IMG/VR virus record: IMGVR_UViG_3300044542_000402
DNA length: 64,000 nucleotides
From: an uncultured virus (IMG/VR IMGVR_UViG_3300044542_000402)
Lineage: Duplodnaviria > Heunggongvirae > Uroviricota > Caudoviricetes > Herelleviridae
Reading direction: 5' to 3' (one strand)
Below the pieces are notes generated by a model. It searched no databases and was not told the DNA's origin. It was given only the letters and a program-made list of their open reading frames with translations. The position numbers and the translations under genes are program-made. Below are positions 58,539-64,000 of this stretch, piece by piece (the first letter of the stretch is position 1; each line of letters begins with the position of its first letter).

Positions 58539-58783
58539 CAGGCCTCCTCGGTGATCCTGTAGTGGAACAGGGTCCCGTCGGGCTTCAGGGTGAACCGCCA
58601 GGCGGTGATGGTGCCGCCCGAGGTTTCGGTGACAGCGATGGCGTCGTGCCAGTTCTCGGCACCGGGGACGTCGTCGGCACCCTGGCCGTCGCCGGCGTAG
58701 AGCGAGTAGTCGTCGGTCTTCAGAGTCGCCTGGATGTAGTCGTGCAGCTTCTGGGGGATGTGACTGGCGGGTGCGTGGGCCAT
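58538..58783 (-). CDS. Hypothetical protein
   Basis: GAAAGG RBS; TGATG overlap with whiB-like gene. Confidence 0.6.
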   Translation of the reverse strand: MAHAPASHIPQKLHDYIQATLKTDDYSLYAGDGQGADDVPGAENWHDAIAVTETSGGTITAWRFTLKPDGTLFHYRITEEA

Positions 58784-58905
58784 GGGAATACCTTTCGGGG
58801 GAGCTGGATGGAGGATCGGCACCTCGCTGTGCAGGAGGTGCCCGATCATGGAGGGGATGCGGTGTACGGTCACGCCGTCCTGAGCGGGGTGTACGGGTCC
58901 GGGCC

Positions 58906-59613
58906 TCAGGCGACGGCGTCCCGGCGCTCGTACCACAGGCGCGTGGTGAGTTCCAGGGCGTAGCAGGTCAGGACGAAGTGATGATCGAAGCCGGTGAGAT
59001 CCCACTCCCACCAGTTGTCGCCCACGATGTCCTCGTGATCGGACAGGAACCGCTGAGCGCCCACCAGCCCCTCGTCGGGGTCGGTGTCGACCAGATCAGT
59101 CAGGAACTCGTCGCGACGGACCCGGAGCCGGTCGGCCTCGGTGGGGTCGGGATCGATGAGGATATCTCCATCGCCGGAGCGCAGGGCTGAGATGGCCTCG
59201 GTGCTCAGATCCTCGTGCTCCTCCAGGGCAGCCCGGCACTGCGCCAGGAAGCTCTCGTGATCGTAGTGACGCACCCGGGTGTACGAGTCGTGTCCGACGA
59301 GCTTCTCGGCCCAGTACGAGATGTCGATGCACGGCGCACCGTCGGCGTAGTAGTGCCGCAGGTGCTCCGACACGCTGAAGAACGCGAGCATGTCAGTGTC
59401 ACGGGTGAACACGTAGCCGTCGGCGATGTCACCGGAGGTGGCCAGATGACCCGGCCAGGTGATGACATCCCAGCCCCACATCATGGTGCCGGGTGCGCGC
59501 ATCCGCAGATGGCGGTACAGACCGTCGTCGTGGAGCACGGTCAGTTCGTGGTCGGTCGTCGCGCTGGAGAACTCGGCGTAGGCGCGGGCGTAGGGATTGA
59601 CGCGGCTGGACAT
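58906..59613 (-). CDS. Phage-type hypothetical protein
   Basis: VLHDDGLYRHLR, ITWPGHL..GD...YVF, YWAEKL motifs resemble phage hypotheticals (from memory). Confidence 0.7.
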   Translation of the reverse strand: MSSRVNPYARAYAEFSSATTDHELTVLHDDGLYRHLRMRAPGTMMWGWDVITWPGHLATSGDIADGYVFTRDTDMLAFFSVSEHLRHYYADGAPCIDISYWAEKLVGHDSYTRVRHYDHESFLAQCRAALEEHEDLSTEAISALRSGDGDILIDPDPTEADRLRVRRDEFLTDLVDTDPDEGLVGAQRFLSDHEDIVGDNWWEWDLTGFDHHFVLTCYALELTTRLWYERRDAVA

Positions 59614-59626
59614 ATGATGACCTCTC

Positions 59627-59872
59627 TCAGTGGGCCGGCGCGGCGGCCGGCCAGTACGGCTCCAGATCGGCGATCGGGCCGTGGTGCCCGTCGCAGTCCA
59701 GCGGCCGGCCGTCGGTGTGGACGATCGGCGACAGGGACGCGAGGACGGTGCCGGCCGGCACGTCGCACGAGGGATGCGTGTGACCGTAGTAGTCGCGGCA
59801 TCCGGACTCGTCGTCGTTGGTGAGTTTCAGGGCGCAGCAGGAGCACAGCGCCAGGGATTCGGTGCCGGGCAC
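59627..59872 (-). CDS. Small Cys/His-rich protein
   Basis: GGAGG RBS; CSCC, C, C, CDGHH. Confidence 0.5.
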   Translation of the reverse strand: MPGTESLALCSCCALKLTNDDESGCRDYYGHTHPSCDVPAGTVLASLSPIVHTDGRPLDCDGHHGPIADLEPYWPAAAPAH

Positions 59873-59874
59873 GG

Positions 59875-60345
59875 TCAGACCTCCTGGGAGCCGGGCTCGG
59901 GGAGAACGGATTCGGTGTTGCGCTCGATCAGGTCATCGAGGGCCCGCCGGTGATCGAATCCGAGACGACCACGGATCTCAGAGATCGCGTCAGGGTTCTG
60001 CCGTACGATCTCGGCGAGGGCCAGCGCAGCGGTCGTGGTGACCAACGGCTGGCCCAGGTCGTTGCAGTCGGCGGTGAACAGGCCCAGGGCGGGCGTGTAC
60101 ATCATGGCGATGCCCAGGTACTCGTAGGCGGGCTGCTCGACAAGTTCCCAGGACGCGCCCGGAGCGGCGTCCGGCAGTCGTTCACCGACGTCGTGGGCGG
60201 TGCCGCAGATGATCTCGTCGGCGGTGAATTCGTTGTGATCATCGACCTTGCTCAGGCCCAGATCGATGAGGGTCCAGGTGAGAGCCTCGATCTGGGCGGG
60301 CGGGCAGTCAGCGACTGTCACTGACATGGAGGTGCGATCGGACAT
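59875..60345 (-). CDS. DUF3145-like protein
   Basis: YTPALGLFTADCNDLGQPLV resembles DUF3145; AAGGAA RBS. Confidence 0.55.
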   Translation of the reverse strand: MSDRTSMSVTVADCPPAQIEALTWTLIDLGLSKVDDHNEFTADEIICGTAHDVGERLPDAAPGASWELVEQPAYEYLGIAMMYTPALGLFTADCNDLGQPLVTTTAALALAEIVRQNPDAISEIRGRLGFDHRRALDDLIERNTESVLPEPGSQEV

Positions 60346-60377
60346 GATGTTCCTTCTGAACGGGTACGGTGCGGGGC

Positions 60378-60701
60378 TCAGGCCTCGCCGAGAGTGACGC
60401 CGCGCCAGCAGCCGGCCTCGACGTCGCGATCGATGATCACCAGGGCGGGCATCGACGCCCGCACCCGGTGCTCGGCGGTCTCACGGGTCTCCCACGTCTT
60501 CTGCTCCCGGACGGTGAGCTCGGCGACGATCGCGTCGCGGGCCGCGGTCCGGATGCGCGGCCAGTGGGTGGCCAGGGTGAAGGCCGGCATCGCTCCGGTC
60601 GTGAACAGGGGACGGGTGAAGGTGATGTGCGCCCGCCAGGCACCGAAGCCATCGGTGTAGGTGACGATGCCGGCGATGAGTGAATCGATGGTGGTGGGCA
60701 C
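60378..60701 (-). CDS. Hypothetical protein
   Basis: AAGGAG RBS before GTG. Confidence 0.6.
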   Translation of the reverse strand: MPTTIDSLIAGIVTYTDGFGAWRAHITFTRPLFTTGAMPAFTLATHWPRIRTAARDAIVAELTVREQKTWETRETAEHRVRASMPALVIIDRDVEAGCWRGVTLGEA

Positions 60702-60807
60702 GGGTACTCCTTATGAGTGGTCATCGGGCGAAGACAGTCCCAGGGTCCGGTGGGGAGATGCGCCCGGCCGTGGTGGTGGCCCGGGCCTCCGGCCAGGCCC
60801 GCTCATC

Positions 60808-61170
60808 TCACAGGCCCTTCGTCAGCAGGCCGGGGTACCAGTCGCGCCGGTCGATCCGCTCGTTGATCGATCGGCACGGCTCGGCATCGCACATGTCGGG
60901 ACGACCCGGGCCGTGATGGTCCCGGTGGAACTCCTCGAGGATCTCGTCGAGGAGACGCTCGCGCACCAGGGCCTGGGTGCCGACGTGCACGAGGCGGTAA
61001 CCGCGCTCGACGGCCTCCTCGTACAATTGCTGGTCGGAGCACTGATCGAGCAGGTGCTCGGGTCCGGAGAGCCCCAGGGCGTCGACGAGGGCGTCGGCGT
61101 CATCGGGGTCCACGTAGTCGAAACGTTCGGTATTGGTGCTGTTGTTGATGGTGGCGGTCATGATCATCAC
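60808..61170 (-). CDS. Hypothetical protein with H/C tail motif
   Basis: AAGGAG RBS; H..HH...C...PC. Confidence 0.6.
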   Translation of the reverse strand: MMIMTATINNSTNTERFDYVDPDDADALVDALGLSGPEHLLDQCSDQQLYEEAVERGYRLVHVGTQALVRERLLDEILEEFHRDHHGPGRPDMCDAEPCRSINERIDRRDWYPGLLTKGL

Positions 61171-61195
61171 TCCTTGTACTGTGTCGGTCCCTCAC

Positions 61196-61232
61196 CGCCC
61201 GCCCCGGTGCCGGTGTGGCACCGGGGCGGGCG
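61196..61232 (-). terminator. Terminator hairpin after helicase gene
   Basis: 16-bp stem CGCCCGCCCCGGTGCC/GGCACCGGGGCGGGCG. Confidence 0.75.
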
Positions 61233-61241
61233 ACAGGCATC

Positions 61242-63998
61242 TCAGGCCGCCGGTGCCCCCACGGGGGCGTCATCGGGGTCCGGGGCGTCCGGGTCTCCCC
61301 CGGCCGCGATGATCGCGGCCCGGGCCTCGGCCTTCTCCAGGGCGTCGACGACGAGCTCGTAGTCGGAGACGATCGGCGAGTCCTTCTGGCTGCCGTAGGA
61401 CAGGACGTACTCGGTGCCGGCGGCCCGGGTGAACGCCACGTAGAACAGCCGGCGCATCTCCTGGCTCATGTCGGGCGAATCCCGGTGGATCACCACGACG
61501 TTGTCGAACTCGAGGCCCTTGACACCGTGGATCGTCGAGACGATGAGTTGCGCGTCGGCGTTCTGGTTGCGCTCCTTGCGTTCCCGGTTGCGCTGATTGA
61601 CCATGTTCTGGTGGACCGAGTTGTGACGGATCTCGAAGTCCAGGACATTGCTCCGCAGCCGGGCGAAGAACTCCCGGGCCGTGATGCGCCCGGCGGCCAC
61701 GAGCTTCACCCAGCCGTTGACGGCCGCGGCGTTCTGGATCCACCACTGGCTCACCAGGGCGCGCATCGCCTTCTCGGCGGCCGGTGACATGCGCCCGCGG
61801 GACAGCCTGCCCAGATTGGACATGATGTCCTGGGTCATCGTGAACGCCGCGTCGGCGGGCTGCACCATGAGCACGTCGTTCCACAGCAGCTTGACGTAAT
61901 TGCTGAAGATCGTCGTGTCGAAGGGCCGCTCGCTCACCAGGTTGGCGATCGTCCGGCCCGGGTAGCGCTGTTCCAGCGCGGCCTCGACGGCATCGACCTC
62001 CCGGCGCGAGTACGCCAGGAACGCCACCTTCTCACCCCGGTCCAGGGCCGGATCGATGTAGTCGCGGGCCACCGTGGAGGCGATGATGCCCGCCAGCTCC
62101 TCGCCGACGAACTTGTACACCTGCGGGGTGAACCGGTGATCCAGCGTCACCTTCTGGGTGAAGGAGGCGGCGGTGGGGACGGCCAGCGAGTTGGCCCGCA
62201 GCTGGATGCCGGCGAACCGGTTGGTCTCCAGCCCGCCCAGGGCCACGTTGGCGAAGTCCAGGATCTCCTGGTTGCTCCGGTAGTTCGTCGTGAGCCGGTA
62301 GGTCGCGAAGACCCCGGAGGCCTCCAGTGTGTTGAGGGCCCGCGGGTTGGCCGCCCGGAACTCGTAGAGCGTCTGGCTCGCGTCGCCGACCATGAACAGG
62401 CTCGTGGAGTGCTTGGCGGCGAACTTGAGAAGATAGACGAACTCGAAGATCGAGGTGTCCTGGACCTCGTCGACGATGAGGTGGTGGCAGGCCGCCCGGG
62501 GCGGCTCGGCCATGGAGTCGATCCGCTGGTAGCAGATGATGATCTCCAGCTCCAGCGAGGTCTGGCCGATGCCGTCCAGCAGCGCCATGACATCGTCGAA
62601 GTGCGTCTCGACGAAGTTGTTGAGCTCCGTGGTCGCCCCGACCTCCTTGTTCTCCAGATCGAGGAGATGGCGCTTGAGGCGCGCCGCCAGGTCCGAGCCG
62701 GGGAAGTAGATGTCCAGGCTGTTGCGGATCGTGGGGATGCTGCTGATCTCGTGGGTCGGATGATTGAGACGGTAGATGTCGTTGATCATCGCGGCGATCG
62801 TCATCGAGCCCACGCCGGGATTCTTCTCGCAGATGTGGTCAGCGGCGGCGTTGGTGAAGGACAGCACCGTGATGTCGGACGGGTCGACGCCGCAGGCCGC
62901 CATGTGGTCGATGCGCGCCAGGATCACCGAACTGTTGTGCGTGACCAGGAAGTCCTTCGTCACATACAGCGAGTCCTCGGCCTCCACGACGATGCAGCGC
63001 ATCGGCAGCGAATCAATCTTCTCGGCCGACTTCAGCGCCCTGCGCATGGGCCGGACGGATCCAGATACCAGACCGCGATAGCGCGCGGCCCAGAACGGGT
63101 CGTAGTCCGACAACAGGCTGATGATCCAGTAGTCACCACGCTTGTGCCGATTGAGATGCTTGGTGGCCGACAGACCGAGGGACCACAGAAGCTGGAGTAC
63201 GTCGTCGGCGAGCCGGTCGCTCGTCGTGGAGTACTGGGCGTAGGCCCGTCCGGTACGGATCCTGCCGTCACCGTCGAACAGTCCCGCAACAAGACGGCGG
63301 CGCTGATCGACGCTCGCGGTGAGATAGACGGTGGGAATGAACTTCTCCGCGGACAGGACGTCCAGCCCGAGTGCGCGCAGCCGATTACGGAACTCACTGT
63401 GATGCCCACCGATGTCATTGGAATGACGGAAGCCCCAGTGACGAGCCGTTGCCGTACGGCATGTGGTCTCGTACATCGTGAATCCGTCATGAGCCGCGGC
63501 CTCACCGACGGCGTCGCTGACCGACTGCTCGGACTTCGTGTAGCCGGCACTGTTGTGAAGATTGCCGTCAGCGATGAGCGCACCCAGCAGATATGGATCC
63601 AGCGGCAGCTCCTTCTCAGAGAACTGTACCGGTTCCACGACCGGGAGATAGCGCTTGTCCTGAGAGGGTGAGTCGATCCATTCCTGGGTTGTCATCACCC
63701 GGGACTGCTCACCGGTGCGGGACTGGTTGAGCAGCGTCCACAGATGGTCGGCCGCGACTCGTGTCGAGGACCCGTCACGAAATGTGAGACGGTAGCCGTC
63801 AAGCGGGCCCCGATCGAAGATGTTCTGGACACGGGTAGGGCGTCCATCGGAGCCGATGACGAGGTCACCGACCTTCAAGTCGCCCATGGCCACCCATCCG
63901 TCGGGGGTCAGGACGGGTTCGTCAAGGGGCTGCGCCTTACCAGTCCCGGCCCCCGCCTGGGCCAGGGCGAGCGGTTCGCGGGTGGTCACCGCGGCCCG
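61242..63998 (-). CDS. UvrD/Rep superfamily 1 helicase with intein, 5' end outside window
   Basis: AGAGTGK|S, LSFTNAAA, IVDEVQD, VGDASQTLYEFR, NYRS, STIHGVKGLEFD, FYVAFTRA. Confidence 0.93.
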   Translation of the reverse strand, partial: RAAVTTREPLALAQAGAGTGKAQPLDEPVLTPDGWVAMGDLKVGDLVIGSDGRPTRVQNIFDRGPLDGYRLTFRDGSSTRVAADHLWTLLNQSRTGEQSRVMTTQEWIDSPSQDKRYLPVVEPVQFSEKELPLDPYLLGALIADGNLHNSAGYTKSEQSVSDAVGEAAAHDGFTMYETTCRTATARHWGFRHSNDIGGHHSEFRNRLRALGLDVLSAEKFIPTVYLTASVDQRRRLVAGLFDGDGRIRTGRAYAQYSTTSDRLADDVLQLLWSLGLSATKHLNRHKRGDYWIISLLSDYDPFWAARYRGLVSGSVRPMRRALKSAEKIDSLPMRCIVVEAEDSLYVTKDFLVTHNSSVILARIDHMAACGVDPSDITVLSFTNAAADHICEKNPGVGSMTIAAMINDIYRLNHPTHEISSIPTIRNSLDIYFPGSDLAARLKRHLLDLENKEVGATTELNNFVETHFDDVMALLDGIGQTSLELEIIICYQRIDSMAEPPRAACHHLIVDEVQDTSIFEFVYLLKFAAKHSTSLFMVGDASQTLYEFRAANPRALNTLEASGVFATYRLTTNYRSNQEILDFANVALGGLETNRFAGIQLRANSLAVPTAASFTQKVTLDHRFTPQVYKFVGEELAGIIASTVARDYIDPALDRGEKVAFLAYSRREVDAVEAALEQRYPGRTIANLVSERPFDTTIFSNYVKLLWNDVLMVQPADAAFTMTQDIMSNLGRLSRGRMSPAAEKAMRALVSQWWIQNAAAVNGWVKLVAAGRITAREFFARLRSNVLDFEIRHNSVHQNMVNQRNRERKERNQNADAQLIVSTIHGVKGLEFDNVVVIHRDSPDMSQEMRRLFYVAFTRAAGTEYVLSYGSQKDSPIVSDYELVVDALEKAEARAAIIAAGGDPDAPDPDDAPVGAPAA
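62934..63935 (-). mobile_element. Intein with LAGLIDADG homing endonuclease (334 aa)
   Basis: Begins AQPLDEPVLTPDGW, ends FLVTHN|S; LLGALIADG and LVAGLFDGDG motifs. Confidence 0.93.
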
Positions 63999-64000
63999 CT

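Larger units (their letters stand above)
1..64000. mobile_element. Interior of a large actinobacterial conjugative/integrative element (ICE or integrative plasmid) encoding its own RNA polymerase; no boundary visible
   Basis: VirD4, relaxase, VirB4/VirB6/VirB2-like genes, wall hydrolase, integrase+attP, TA modules and no housekeeping genes in 64 kb. Confidence 0.9.

Noticed and set aside
1..64000. Prophage or CRISPR-associated transposon interpretation
   Set aside because: No capsid, terminase, tail or tns genes seen; Cas3 nuclease is intact and conjugation genes dominate

Overview
High-GC actinobacterial DNA. The CRISPR repeat style suggests Propionibacteriaceae (inference). The whole window looks like the interior of one large conjugative/integrative element. 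(1) A + strand transfer backbone encodes a degenerate VirB4-like protein, a VirB6-like protein, a VirB2-like pilin, an SLT+CHAP hydrolase, an HUH relaxase, a Clp-type AAA+, VirD4, HU and a class F sortase. It also encodes a 2045-aa single-chain protein carrying the ordered catalytic motifs of both RNA polymerase beta and beta' (NCgl1702/YonO-like two-barrel RNAP). (2) An accessory block at 4.6-11.6 kb holds a lipoprotein and two toxin-antitoxin modules, each bracketed by ~100-bp direct repeats. It also has two tyrosine recombinases, an apparently intact attP (tRNA-Lys 3' half with arm repeats on both sides), an xis-like gene and an XRE gene. (3) Two tandem zinc-ribbon/Hef-like nuclease genes sit between virD4 and the RNAP. 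(4) A type I-G CRISPR interference module (csb1-csb2-cas3-cas8g, no cas1/cas2/cas4 in the locus) lies between two arrays with different 36-bp repeats but identically phased leader motifs. (5) A - strand run of small genes (WhiB-like, HTH) lies downstream of a UvrD helicase with a class 3 intein. All calls come from reading motifs by eye; no database searches were run.
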